Part shown: piece after piece, positions 28,643 to 38,527 of the stretch
Layout of the letters: each line of letters starts with the position of its first letter
How positions within the stretch are numbered: position 1 is the stretch's first letter
From: Candidatus Zambryskiibacteriota bacterium
Lineage (GTDB): Bacteria > Patescibacteriota > Minisyncoccia > Phycocordibacterales > Zambryskibacteraceae
Assembly (NCBI GenBank): GCA_016180955.1
Contig: JACPAD010000001.1
Span: forward strand, 75,516 to 139,515
Reading direction: 5' to 3'
Length of the DNA: 64,000 nt
Translations under genes and position numbers: made by a program
Notes under the pieces: model-generated
Database searches by the model: none
The model's input: the letters and a program-made list of their open reading frames with translations, nothing else
What the model was told of the DNA's origin: nothing

Positions 28643-30832
28643 TTATTTTTTTATTTGTGACAGAGGAATGCTAACATAGAAAATCGAGCCCTTGCCTTTA
28701 TCTGAAGCGACGGCTACTTTACCTTGATGCGCTTCCGCGATACCCTTAACGATAGCCAGACCGAGTCCAGTCCCTTTCTGGGCTGAAGTCCGGCTTTCTT
28801 CAAACTGCCTGAACTTGTTGAAAAGTTGCGGCAACTTTTCCTTAGAAATACCGTTACCGGTATCAGAGACGGCAATGGTCAGAGATTTGTCGGCAAGCGG
28901 CTCGAGGTTCAACGTATCTATATATTCAGGGAGACCTTCTTTCGCACCTGCCTTGGCCGGTGATACTCCCTCGGAGGTGATGTAGGCCCATAATTTAACC
29001 CTGCCCTGTTCCGCGCTAAATTTAAGAGAGTTTGACAAGAGATTATTTAAAACTTGATTTATTCTCATACCATCAAGCGAAACTTCCGGCGGCACATCGC
29101 CAGACGCGTAAAGTTCCAGGGTAATCTTCTTATCTTTAGCCACACCTTCAAAAAAGCGTGTTCTTTCTTCAAAAAGTTTCCGCAAGTCTGTCGGTTCAGG
29201 TTTTATTTCAAATTTGCCCGCCTCGATTTTTGCCACATCGAGAAGGTCGTTGACTAAAAGGAGCATTTGAGATGCATTGGTGTGAACAAGGCTAAGATAA
29301 GAACTCCGTCTGTCTGCTTTATCGATATCGCCGCCGCGAAGCGCTTCCATCAGCTTCTTGATAGCGTCGAGAGGCGAGCGTAATTCATGGACCATCATAG
29401 AGATAAAGTCTTCCCGCAAACGTTCTACTTCTTTCTCGTGAGTGATGTCGTGAAAGATGATTACGCTACCGAGGTTTTCCGAAATTATGGTCTCACGGCC
29501 TATAGGGTCGATAAATATTTGGTAGTAACTATCGTCGATAAGCACGCTTTCAAGTTGTATTATTGATTGTCTGTCCCGGCTTTCCTTGAGACCATTCTTT
29601 AGGTTAAGTGTTGACGGCAATTTTCGAGCGCACTCTTCAAGCGAGAGGGAGAAGCGGTCAGATACTTTAAAAAGACTGCGGGCAGTCTTATTGAGAACTC
29701 TAATTCTATGACTGTTGTCAACAAGCACGACGCCGTCATTCATACTTTCAACCATAGCGGCAAGATAAGTAAACGAACGGCGTACGATTCTTTCTCTCTC
29801 GGAAATTACGAGATACTGGGAAATGCTAGTTACCATGACAGTCGCAACGACTGCCATGGACGGGTAAAGCGGATCAAGAATGAGAAAGTTTGCGAAACCA
29901 ATCACTATGACTACTATGTAGAGCACAATAATCGCACCTAAAGTAAGAAGCAGCAGATAAAGTCTCCTGATATATATGCTCGAGAGCATAGCGAGGAAGA
30001 TCAGAATGATTATCGTCGCCACAGTAACCAACTTGCTGCTGTAATAGATTGAATCCTCCAAAACAGTATCGACCTTATTTGCCTGCGTCTCTACACCGCT
30101 AATAAATCCGAACGGAGTAAGTTGAAAGTTCCGCAAGTCGCTTGCCGTTACTCCTACCAGAATAACTTTCCCGTCAAAGAGCTCATCGATATCGGGATTA
30201 TCCAAAACATCTGTAAATGAAAAGGCCGGGTAAGTCTCGTTGCCGCCTCGATAATTTATTCGGATTGGCCCAGATGAGCCTGGCGGCGGCGGCTCAAGTA
30301 TACTCTTTCGGGTAAGCAGCGAGACGGCATAGGCGAAACTTGGCATGTTCTCTTGCCAGTAAACCATTTCACGCGTCTTCCCGTCGCTATCGATTAAGAC
30401 ATCAGAGAATCCGTAATAGGCATGGTCAAATATTGATAAAGTTTCTTGGCCGGCACTTCGAAAAGGCGCGGATAGCACCACTGGCGCGGCGCTCTGTTCG
30501 ATGGCTTGAGCAAGTTGTTGATCGTCTCTTTCTCCGAAGCGCGACGGTTCACGGAAACTGACGTCTATCCCTATGACCGACGCCTTTTCCAATCTGTTAA
30601 TAAGTTCGGCAAAAGTGGCCCGCGGCCAAGGCCACTGGCCTATTTTATTCAAGCTGCGGTCATCTATTTTGACAAGGACTATGTCGCTTCTCGGACTAGT
30701 TTCGAAAAAGAAAGCATCCTCAAGACTAAGCCTAGTTTCCGGAAAAGGATCGATTGATACGACTGCTGCAAAAAATAGAGAAATTAAGACCCAGATAAAT
30801 AAGTGCCTAAATTCGAACAATAACGAGTTCAT
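28643..30832 (-). CDS. Sensor histidine kinase with extracytoplasmic CHASE2 domain, PAS, HisKA, HATPase_c
   Basis: N-terminal CHASE2-like region (IDDRSLNKIGQWPWPR). H-box HELRSPL. G-box GTGLGLAIVKGIAEAHQGKV. Confidence 0.8.
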   Translation of the reverse strand: MNSLLFEFRHLFIWVLISLFFAAVVSIDPFPETRLSLEDAFFFETSPRSDIVLVKIDDRSLNKIGQWPWPRATFAELINRLEKASVIGIDVSFREPSRFGERDDQQLAQAIEQSAAPVVLSAPFRSAGQETLSIFDHAYYGFSDVLIDSDGKTREMVYWQENMPSFAYAVSLLTRKSILEPPPPGSSGPIRINYRGGNETYPAFSFTDVLDNPDIDELFDGKVILVGVTASDLRNFQLTPFGFISGVETQANKVDTVLEDSIYYSSKLVTVATIIILIFLAMLSSIYIRRLYLLLLTLGAIIVLYIVVIVIGFANFLILDPLYPSMAVVATVMVTSISQYLVISERERIVRRSFTYLAAMVESMNDGVVLVDNSHRIRVLNKTARSLFKVSDRFSLSLEECARKLPSTLNLKNGLKESRDRQSIIQLESVLIDDSYYQIFIDPIGRETIISENLGSVIIFHDITHEKEVERLREDFISMMVHELRSPLDAIKKLMEALRGGDIDKADRRSSYLSLVHTNASQMLLLVNDLLDVAKIEAGKFEIKPEPTDLRKLFEERTRFFEGVAKDKKITLELYASGDVPPEVSLDGMRINQVLNNLLSNSLKFSAEQGRVKLWAYITSEGVSPAKAGAKEGLPEYIDTLNLEPLADKSLTIAVSDTGNGISKEKLPQLFNKFRQFEESRTSAQKGTGLGLAIVKGIAEAHQGKVAVASDKGKGSIFYVSIPLSQIKK

Positions 30833-32967
30833 CTTCCGCCGCCTCTATCGGAGGCTGGGATAGTTTGAATGGATGGGGCTGAATCGGGTATTCTGGGTAA
30901 GGCGCTCTCTGGAATAATTGTATTCGTCGGTGGTTCTGGTGTCTTCCGCTCTTCGAGCTCTCTCTCGCCAGAAGTTGGAGCCGGAGTTGGAATTTCAGTA
31001 GGTAATTCCAAAGGCAATTCTAATTCTCCGGATGGACGCTCGGTTTTCTTCTGTTCTACGAAACGCTCCAGCACTCTCATGCTCTCTGTCGGTGTGGGCG
31101 GCGGTTCAGGAGTTGGCTCTACTTCACTTGCGGAAATGGCTTGCTTTATCCCTCTCTCCGCTTCGGCCGGCACTTTCCTCGCTACATTCTCCAGAACTTT
31201 ATTATGCTGTGAGGTAGCCACGTCGACTAGTTCTTTTACGGTCGTGTCTCCGACTCGCAAACCGGCGGCGAGAGACGAAACGTCGGCGCCAAATTTAGCG
31301 TATTTCTCATATGTCATAACAAGCTCTTCAAAATTTTCTTGACCTGATTGGCCGCGTTCTTGTTCTTTTTGAATCTTATCGACAAGCTTTCCTGCCGACT
31401 GGGTGTATAAAGAGACGGCCCGTTCCGGATCCGTAAGCATTACATCTGCTATGGCAGTCAGCTGAATATCCACTACCCGATTCTTCACTGCTTTTACAGT
31501 TTGAGTAACTCCTGGAGACAAGGTCTCGGACACGCGACCAAGCATCTCCATAGTACCTAGATCTTTTGTCAACGAACCGGCAAATGAACTAAGCGAGTCT
31601 GGGTCATCTTCCACTAAAATGTCGAGACGTCTGTTCATCGCGTCGTAGGCTCGAAGAGTCCAGAAAACATTGAGCGAATCGAGGGAAGCGGCTTGTTCTT
31701 GAGCCCGTCTTAAAAATTGCTTCTGCGCTTCGACGCCAAGCTCGAGAGCTTTGTCAGGATTATCCTCCGCCAAAGCCGAGAGAGCAGTAAGACTACCCTG
31801 TTCGGAAGCGTGGAGAGCCTGCCTAAGGAAAGGTCTTGCCACCTCGGCGACTTTTCCATCTAAGTCGTCGATGAGTTGCGTATGCTTGACGCTAGCTTCT
31901 GCTAAAAGCGCCCGGACATCTTCAGATGCTTCAGTCGATGCTACTATGCCGATAAGCCGGCTATACTCCTTAAGAGGGACTTGGACCTTTTCACTGCCGA
32001 GAGCGGCAAGCTCTTGAGCTTCATTTAGACGTTCTTCGGCCAAAGCGAGCAGGCGGCTGGCTTTTCTGTCTTGATTAAGTGTTGTTGCCGTTGCCAGATT
32101 CTCAATAAATCTTTCCAGTCCGTAAAAGATTGGTTGCTCAGCTGTTATACCCGCGGAGGGTAAATCCGAGTTCAAAGCCTTCCGTGTTTCTACGTTCGCC
32201 ATGAGCCGGCTGACAGCGGTAGAATGAGCGGTGATACGCTGGATTGCTTCTTCTCTCCCAAGCGCCCCCACTCTCACTTGGTCTGTAACCAGACCTGCTC
32301 CGTCTCTTCTTACACTTGCTTGTTCGCCTGCCGCGACGGTAAATTGAGATGTGCTTCCGATCGGAGCCTCCGCACCCAGCGCCACTTCACCACTCAAGAC
32401 AGTTATCGCAATCGTCTCGCCTTGCGCTTCTATCTCAAATTCAGTGCCCCGAACCGAGGTCACCAATCCGCCCGACCGGACCTCGTATTTCTCCTCTTCT
32501 TTCAGCAGACGCTCCAGTCTTGTCCATATGCCGCCGGCCAGAAGATGTAAGCGAGAACTGTTGCCCCCTTCTTCCAGAGATTCTATAACCACTTGAGTGT
32601 CAGGTCCCAGTATGGTCAAAGCGCCATTCGGATAAACCAAAGCCGCTTCACCGGTTCTCGAAGTTCTTAACTCCATTCCCGCTTTAACTTCCAATGCTTT
32701 TTCCACTCGCATTTCTTCTCTGCCGGTAGCCGGTACAACAAAAGTATCCGGATTAATGGCTATAATCACTGCTGAAAGAGGGACGCTCTTGTATGAAAGG
32801 GTGTCCCGGTTACGTTCGATTAAAACAGCGACGACAGCAGTGCCGAGAAACAGCAAGATTATGACAATCGCTATAAAAAAAGCGCCGCCGCGATACGAAG
32901 TTTGCGGTCCAGGAAACTGACTAGGATTCGTCGAGATATTTATCGGTTCTGCCTCTGTCGGTTCCAT
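30829..32967 (-). CDS. FecR-domain protein (membrane-anchored, C-terminal Pro-rich tail)
   Basis: N-terminal TM helix. FecR-like beta region (AALVYPNGALTILGPDTQVVIE...LLAGGIWT). 4-nt overlap with the kinase gene. Confidence 0.55.
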   Translation of the reverse strand: MEPTEAEPINISTNPSQFPGPQTSYRGGAFFIAIVIILLFLGTAVVAVLIERNRDTLSYKSVPLSAVIIAINPDTFVVPATGREEMRVEKALEVKAGMELRTSRTGEAALVYPNGALTILGPDTQVVIESLEEGGNSSRLHLLAGGIWTRLERLLKEEEKYEVRSGGLVTSVRGTEFEIEAQGETIAITVLSGEVALGAEAPIGSTSQFTVAAGEQASVRRDGAGLVTDQVRVGALGREEAIQRITAHSTAVSRLMANVETRKALNSDLPSAGITAEQPIFYGLERFIENLATATTLNQDRKASRLLALAEERLNEAQELAALGSEKVQVPLKEYSRLIGIVASTEASEDVRALLAEASVKHTQLIDDLDGKVAEVARPFLRQALHASEQGSLTALSALAEDNPDKALELGVEAQKQFLRRAQEQAASLDSLNVFWTLRAYDAMNRRLDILVEDDPDSLSSFAGSLTKDLGTMEMLGRVSETLSPGVTQTVKAVKNRVVDIQLTAIADVMLTDPERAVSLYTQSAGKLVDKIQKEQERGQSGQENFEELVMTYEKYAKFGADVSSLAAGLRVGDTTVKELVDVATSQHNKVLENVARKVPAEAERGIKQAISASEVEPTPEPPPTPTESMRVLERFVEQKKTERPSGELELPLELPTEIPTPAPTSGERELEERKTPEPPTNTIIPESALPRIPDSAPSIQTIPASDRGGGR

Positions 32968-32983
32968 GTCTCTGTCAGTTATA

Positions 32984-33364
32984 TTATTTATAGAGCCGTT
33001 TCTTTACCTGCTCCACCATATATTCGATCGGGTGCTCACTCTTGATAAAGTAGCCTAAGGCATGCTTCGAGGCCGCCTTCGCAATAGTATCCATGTCGCT
33101 CATCTGGGTAAGCATAAATATCGGCACGTTATCTCCGAGTTCTTTGTACAACTCATCTAAAATTTCAATACCGTCTCGTCCCGGCATCTTGATGTCAAGT
33201 AAGACAATATCAGGATGCTCCTCTTTCGCTAATCTTAGCGCCTCATTGCCATCCTTAGCTTGCAGCACTAGAAAACCGGCGTCGACAAGACCGTTGGCTA
33301 AAAGCATTCTATAAGCTTCTTCATCATCGGCGATTAAAATTTTTTTTACTGTTTCTTCTGTCAT
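32984..33364 (-). CDS. Single-domain response regulator (CheY-like receiver)
   Basis: ILIADDEEAYRMLL...DIVLLDIKMPGRDGIEIL carries the phospho-acceptor Asp and the conserved Lys region. Confidence 0.8.
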   Translation of the reverse strand: MTEETVKKILIADDEEAYRMLLANGLVDAGFLVLQAKDGNEALRLAKEEHPDIVLLDIKMPGRDGIEILDELYKELGDNVPIFMLTQMSDMDTIAKAASKHALGYFIKSEHPIEYMVEQVKKRLYK

Positions 33365-33484
33365 TCTTGGAAATAAATTACTAACAACTTAATAAATATA
33401 ATACCACTAACGTCCGGCAACTTAGGCGCACTTATCCACAGCTGTGCCAATTAACCGGCGCACTCCTCCCCGTATTTAAATAGA

Positions 33485-33682
33485 TTAGCCCTTATCCTCG
33501 AACTCGCTAGTGTCGATGTCATCTCCGGAATCTTGAGTATCTTCTGAAGATTGATTCAGGTCATCTAGAGCGCCACCCACCTGTGCTTCCTGACCGCCTA
33601 CCGGCTCGGAGCCGTTTCTAGTCCATGCCCAGATCCCCCACGCGACGAGTGCAATGATAATAATCCAAATTATAACTTTCAT
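33485..33682 (-). CDS. Small membrane protein with acidic C-terminal tail
   Basis: 65 aa. TM helix IIWIIIIALVAWGIWAW followed by a D/E-rich tail. Confidence 0.3.
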   Translation of the reverse strand: MKVIIWIIIIALVAWGIWAWTRNGSEPVGGQEAQVGGALDDLNQSSEDTQDSGDDIDTSEFEDKG

Positions 33683-33712
33683 ATTTATTTTATAGATGTT
33701 CTTAAACTTAAA

Positions 33713-34342
33713 CTATGTCAGCTCGGCCTTGGCTTTCTCCAGTAACTCTACCACTTCTCTGTCAGTGGTTTGAGGAAAGTCCTCGTACCATTCTCCGACG
33801 GCAACGAAGTTGTCGGCCTCATTTAAGCATACAACATCCACTAGGTTACGCAACGCCTCGGCAGTATCCTTGGCGCAGACCGGAGCGGCAAAAATTAGTT
33901 TAAGCGGTTTATATTGGAGGAGTGCTGACTCAATTGCCGCTCTGGCCGTCACACCTGTAGCTAAGCCGTCATCGACGATTATCACGGTCTTAGCAGGAAT
34001 ATTTTTGGCGAATTCTCCGCTCCGATAGCGGAGAATTCGCCTCTTCATCTCGTCTTTTTCCTGTTTAATGACGGGGCCAAGCTCTTCTCTGTTTATATCT
34101 TTACCGAGTATGAGTACATCATTTGGAGCGACCGCTCCAACGCCGAATTCCGGATTGGACGGCGAGCCAATTTTTCTTGCTACAAGCGTATCAAGCGGCG
34201 CCTCGAGAGCTTGAACCACCTCATAAGCGACCGGCACTCCGCCTCGCGGCAGTGCCAGTATCAGAGGTTTTTCCTCTTTGTAACCCAACAATTTCTGCGC
34301 AAGAAGTTTTCCCGCCTCTTTTCTGTTTTTAAATTTTCGCAC
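33713..34342 (-). CDS. Type-I phosphoribosyltransferase-family protein
   Basis: PRPP-binding motif VIIVDDGLATGVT. Confidence 0.65.
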   Translation of the reverse strand: MRKFKNRKEAGKLLAQKLLGYKEEKPLILALPRGGVPVAYEVVQALEAPLDTLVARKIGSPSNPEFGVGAVAPNDVLILGKDINREELGPVIKQEKDEMKRRILRYRSGEFAKNIPAKTVIIVDDGLATGVTARAAIESALLQYKPLKLIFAAPVCAKDTAEALRNLVDVVCLNEADNFVAVGEWYEDFPQTTDREVVELLEKAKAELT

Positions 34343-34353
34343 TTAGAATAATT

Positions 34354-34890
34354 TTATTTTACACCAAACACAACATGGACTCTATCAACTTCAAACGGTT
34401 CTTTAGAATGAGAGAATGAGATTTTTACCGTATTGAAGGCGCCCTTGATTTTCTTAGCCAGCCTGTCTGCCAGTTGATTTTCCGTAGTGGTAATTCTCCA
34501 ACCCGCTTGCGTCTTCTCGAGAGTTATGATTCTGTCTTGCGGGTCTCTTTTCAGAGCCTCCTTTTCAAAGTTCTTAATCAGGTTAAGCAAAACCTTTCTA
34601 TGTTCTTTAAGAAAGTCGTCTATGAAAACTTCTCCCTCAAATACTCGCTCTTTTATCATCGTGCAGGCAGGACAGCGCTCTTTGCGGGAAACTTTAATCT
34701 TCAAAGGCGGATTTTTCAAATGCGACTTTACCGCACTTGCCGAGCGATACCAGCGCTTTCTGAACTTGACGTTACCGCAATCAGGGCATTCCGAAATACC
34801 CGCGCCCTCGCGGCCATATTCCTCACGTTGAGCCTCGCGATCGCGTTGCGGCAGCTTTATCGAACTAGGTTTTCTAAATATCCGCGCCAT
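34354..34890 (-). CDS. Zinc-ribbon hypothetical protein
   Basis: CPDCG...CPAC pair, then a basic helical domain. Confidence 0.35.
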   Translation of the reverse strand: MARIFRKPSSIKLPQRDREAQREEYGREGAGISECPDCGNVKFRKRWYRSASAVKSHLKNPPLKIKVSRKERCPACTMIKERVFEGEVFIDDFLKEHRKVLLNLIKNFEKEALKRDPQDRIITLEKTQAGWRITTTENQLADRLAKKIKGAFNTVKISFSHSKEPFEVDRVHVVFGVK

Positions 34891-34912
34891 CTTTTATATT
34901 TTTATAGACATT

Positions 34913-35527
34913 TTAGCTTGAAGTTAATTCCAGCAGAGCCTCTAGAGCAGATGGCAAGTTATCAATTCCATCACTTCCACTAAAATGGCCCTTGTTATTT
35001 TCTACAATAATTTTTGCGCCCAATTTTTCTTTGAAGATCTCTGCATCACTTAATGGAACTAATGAATCATTATCGGAGAATATAGCTATAAATTTCTTTG
35101 TATGATATTTAATCTTTGCCCAATTTATTGGAGTTTCCAACCAAGACTTCGCAATTTCTGCGTCTTCCGCGTCATCATAAGCTTCATTAGTTAAGTTGAC
35201 CCACCCGGCAAGAAACACGGCTCCACCGATTTTTACATTATCAGGAAGATTTTCTAAGTATCTTAAAATAGTTTGTACTCCGATAGAGTGCCCAAACAGG
35301 TAAGTATTTTCGTCTGGAGTTCCAATTAAATTATTAAGAAATGAGACCCAGGTCTCAATTTCCGGCCTTAAGGGATTCGGCATAGCGGGGTTAAATACTT
35401 GGAAGCCTTTAGTTTGAAGTTCTTTCTTTAACCATGGAAAACAGCCTTCTTCTGGATGCCCACCCCAACCATGAATGATAAAGACTCTTTTCATATCAGA
35501 AACTGATAGTTTATTTATATCCACCAT
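34913..35527 (-). CDS. Alpha/beta hydrolase, RBBP9/YdeN-like serine hydrolase
   Basis: IIHGWGGHPEE...LFGHSIGVQ (GxSxG). Confidence 0.55.
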   Translation of the reverse strand: MVDINKLSVSDMKRVFIIHGWGGHPEEGCFPWLKKELQTKGFQVFNPAMPNPLRPEIETWVSFLNNLIGTPDENTYLFGHSIGVQTILRYLENLPDNVKIGGAVFLAGWVNLTNEAYDDAEDAEIAKSWLETPINWAKIKYHTKKFIAIFSDNDSLVPLSDAEIFKEKLGAKIIVENNKGHFSGSDGIDNLPSALEALLELTSS

Positions 35528-36251
35528 CTACTACAATGATCGAGCCTGTTATAAAACTGGCATCTTCTGATGATAGGAATAAAACTGCTTTAGCAATTTC
35601 CTCTGGACGACCAAACCTACCTAAAGCAATTTTTTCTGTTTCACTCTTAATAAACTCTTTCGGTAAATTTTTGTTTATTTCTGTATCAACCCAGCCCGGG
35701 GCTACGGAATTAACTCTAATATGAGGCGCAAGAGCTTGTGATAAATTTTTGGTCAAACTTATCATTCCTGCTTTGGAGGCATCATAGTCAGTAGAGTCCG
35801 GACTAAGGGTATCAATACCATTTGTAGAGGAAATGTTGGTTATGGATACTCCTTGCCTGTTTTCCATATGAGGAATAGCGTATTTAGCGCACAGAAAAGC
35901 TCCGATTAAGTTTACTCTTAGTGTTCGTTCCCATTGCTCGACAGTTTTTGTAAATACCGGAATATCCCATACAATACCGGCATTGTTAATGAGGATATCA
36001 ATCGCCCCAAACTTCTTTACAGTTTCTTCGACCATTCTTTTGACATCGTCTTCACTTGCCACATCCGCTTGAATAACAAGGACTTCACCACCTAGATTTT
36101 TGATCTCTGTTGCCGTCTTTTCAGCCGCAACTTTATTTTTTACATAATTTATTACTACCTTGGCCCCCTCTTGTGCAAAAGCAATTGCTGTTACCTTGCC
36201 AATCCCCCGACTCGAGCCTGTAATCAATACAACTTTATTTTTGAATTTCAT
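35511..36251 (-). CDS. Short-chain dehydrogenase/reductase (FabG-like)
   Basis: TGSSRGIG Rossmann motif. Catalytic YDASKAG (YxxxK). Confidence 0.8.
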   Translation of the reverse strand: MKFKNKVVLITGSSRGIGKVTAIAFAQEGAKVVINYVKNKVAAEKTATEIKNLGGEVLVIQADVASEDDVKRMVEETVKKFGAIDILINNAGIVWDIPVFTKTVEQWERTLRVNLIGAFLCAKYAIPHMENRQGVSITNISSTNGIDTLSPDSTDYDASKAGMISLTKNLSQALAPHIRVNSVAPGWVDTEINKNLPKEFIKSETEKIALGRFGRPEEIAKAVLFLSSEDASFITGSIIVVDGGYK

Positions 36252-36255
36252 AATA

Positions 36256-36699
36256 TTAAATTATATAATTTTTCTTATCCCACCCATAATTTTCTGTATC
36301 GAGTAAATCGATTTTATTTGGACGAAGCACATACCACGAGTGTCCCTCCAATACATCTTTATCTTCTTCAGGCGCAGGGTCGCCGTTCTTGGCACAATAT
36401 TTAACTACCAAGTCATAACTTAGTGTGTCGAGCTTCTCTGCCTTACCAGAAAACTGGATGCCCAGCTCTGGTTTCTCTCCATAACTTGTAACGGTAATGG
36501 TACCGGCAGCTTGGCCGTTCTTCTCTATCGCTTGGGAATGCCTCACATCCGGATAGGACATCCAGTAAATATTGAGGTCTTCATCATAGATATAGATCAC
36601 GTCCGCCACCCAAACTCCACCCTCATCTTGAGTCGCGAGACTCATTAGGTATCCTCGGCTCAAAACCTCCATAATTTTAGTTTTTATATCCATATTCAC
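36256..36699 (-). CDS. Pyridoxamine 5-phosphate oxidase-like FMN-binding split-barrel protein
   Basis: 147 aa. MSLATQDEGGVWVADVIY is a PNPOx-like N-terminal pattern. Confidence 0.45.
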   Translation of the reverse strand: MNMDIKTKIMEVLSRGYLMSLATQDEGGVWVADVIYIYDEDLNIYWMSYPDVRHSQAIEKNGQAAGTITVTSYGEKPELGIQFSGKAEKLDTLSYDLVVKYCAKNGDPAPEEDKDVLEGHSWYVLRPNKIDLLDTENYGWDKKNYII

Positions 36700-37295
36700 A
36701 GTAGATTTTTTATATCCTCAAGAAGCTCTGGGAATTCAGGTTGATTTAGATGTTGTCTATCTTCAAAAACTCTCACCTGTGCATTCGGTAAGGCTTTTTG
36801 ATATTGCTCCAGAGCAGAAAATGGAACAACCGGATCATCTTTACTGTGATAGAGATAAATTTTATCTGTTTGTAGATTTATAATTTCTGGAAGCGAAAAA
36901 CTTAGTACGGGATAACCCTCACAATCTTTGTCATAGACTGCGCCCACAAGCATTACAGCTCTAATTTTTCTAGGAAACTGATTTAGAGACAAGTACTTAG
37001 CCAAGAAAACTCCTCCTAAAGAGTGGCCTATCAAGATTACTTCGTCATTTAGAAAAGGGATAAATTTTTCAAGCCAAAGTTTCCACTCCTCATACCGGGC
37101 ATTTGTCTTATTGGGCATCTGCGGAGTGATAACTTCATAATCATCTTGAAGCGTTTTTCTTATCCACGGTTTCCAGTCGTCTTTGTCGGTTTTATACCTT
37201 TCAATATCAATCTCGTATTTGCGCAGGAAATTAAGATAAGCCTCTTGTGTCGCAAAGGTATCCCCGCCGTGAATTATCACTATCTGCCTTTTCAT
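36696..37295 (-). CDS. Alpha/beta hydrolase (YdeN-like), second copy of the fold in this patch
   Basis: IIHGGDTF...LIGHSLGG (GxSxG). Confidence 0.5.
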   Translation of the reverse strand: MKRQIVIIHGGDTFATQEAYLNFLRKYEIDIERYKTDKDDWKPWIRKTLQDDYEVITPQMPNKTNARYEEWKLWLEKFIPFLNDEVILIGHSLGGVFLAKYLSLNQFPRKIRAVMLVGAVYDKDCEGYPVLSFSLPEIINLQTDKIYLYHSKDDPVVPFSALEQYQKALPNAQVRVFEDRQHLNQPEFPELLEDIKNLL

Positions 37296-37327
37296 ACCGA
37301 TACTGTAAATATAGCAAATTATTCACT

Positions 37328-37420
37328 TTATAGCCCTCTAAATTCACCCTTAAAAACTCCAGTTTTTAAGGGTGTTATAGCCCTCTAAATTCACCCTTAA
37401 AAACTCCAGTTTTTAAGGGT
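37328..37420. repeat. Tandem direct repeat, 2 x 47 bp, each unit containing a 12-bp perfect palindrome (cccttaaaaact cc agtttttaaggg)
   Basis: The units at 37328-37374 and 37375-37420 are identical except for the last base. Confidence 0.7.
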
Positions 37421-37889
37421 GGTTTAGAGTACGGAGATCGGAGAGGACTTCGGAAGCGTGTTTGGGCGGCTTCACATTTTCATAAACTTTTTTGATTTTG
37501 CCATCCGGTCCGATGAGGAATGAGGTCCTGCGGACGCCCATATACTTCTTCCCTGCCATATTCTTCTCTCCCCAGACCCCATATTTTTTAATTATCTTTT
37601 TATCTTCGTCTGAGAGAAGTACGAACGGCAGGTCATAAGTATCCGCAAATTTCCTGTGACTCTCCACAGAGTCTTTCGAAACTCCCAGCACTATAGCTTT
37701 TATCTTTTTAAAATCCTGGAACTGGTCGCGGATAGTACAAGCCTCAACCGTACACCCCGGCGTATCATCCTTCGGATAGAAATACAACAACACCCACTTG
37801 CCCTTGTAGTCCGAGAGCTTATGAGTCTTCCCGTCTTGGTCCGGAAGTGAGAAATTTGGAGCTTTGGAATTAAGTTTAGGTAATGGCAT
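37413..37889 (-). CDS. bcp: Peroxiredoxin Bcp (thiol peroxidase, AhpC/TSA family)
   Basis: KDDTPGCTVEAC contains the peroxidatic and resolving Cys. Confidence 0.8.
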   Translation of the reverse strand: MPLPKLNSKAPNFSLPDQDGKTHKLSDYKGKWVLLYFYPKDDTPGCTVEACTIRDQFQDFKKIKAIVLGVSKDSVESHRKFADTYDLPFVLLSDEDKKIIKKYGVWGEKNMAGKKYMGVRRTSFLIGPDGKIKKVYENVKPPKHASEVLSDLRTLNHP

Positions 37890-37968
37890 GCTGTAATACT
37901 ACTATATAGGTTGCGTTAATTGTATATGGCGTCTAGAATCGAATGCAGACACAATAGGAGGCTGGACG

Positions 37969-38466
37969 ATGGAATTCAAAGAGCTTTTACAGGTAGGCGA
38001 GCATGAGACTCTAAATTTCTTCTTCGCCGGCCTTTATAAGAAAGTTCCGGCGGGAGTAGTCACGCGAGACGAGACCGTCCATGTAGCGAGCGTGCTCGCT
38101 AGCGGCTCTCTGACATCCCGCTACGATACCGAGTCGATTCCAACCCTCACAGACCTTTCCGAAGTCTTCGACGAGTTTTTCATCAAGCTGAAAGACAGCT
38201 TCGATCAAGAACTTCTCGAGATGGCCGGCGCTCAGATTCTCTTACTCAACGGCTTCTTCCGAGGCCAGATGAGGCGGCGACACAACGTGAGGTGGTACGA
38301 CAAGATAGGTAGCGATTTCTACGAACGAGCGGCCGCCCACACTACCAGCGCCCGGCGCGGGACGCTCTTCTGCAACATGTCCAGAAACTTTCCCATCTGG
38401 ACCATGATTTGCTGGGAACTTAGCCAAGAGATGCGTGAGAGCAGATATCTCCTGTATCTAGAGTAG
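37969..38466 (+). CDS. Hypothetical protein
   Basis: 165 aa, no motif. Followed by a hairpin terminator (gagccgcagcgcgaaagcgctgcggctc plus T-rich). Confidence 0.35.
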   Translation: MEFKELLQVGEHETLNFFFAGLYKKVPAGVVTRDETVHVASVLASGSLTSRYDTESIPTLTDLSEVFDEFFIKLKDSFDQELLEMAGAQILLLNGFFRGQMRRRHNVRWYDKIGSDFYERAAAHTTSARRGTLFCNMSRNFPIWTMICWELSQEMRESRYLLYLE

Positions 38467-38527
38467 ACATTCGAGCCGCAGCGCGAAAGCGCTGCGGCTC
38501 TTCAATTTAATTTATGGAAAAAACTTT

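Noticed and set aside
37328-37420. Possible CRISPR array from the tandem repeats
   Set aside because: Only two units, directly abutting with no unique spacers. Each unit is internally palindromic over 12 bp, which fits a terminator or operator duplication and not CRISPR repeats.
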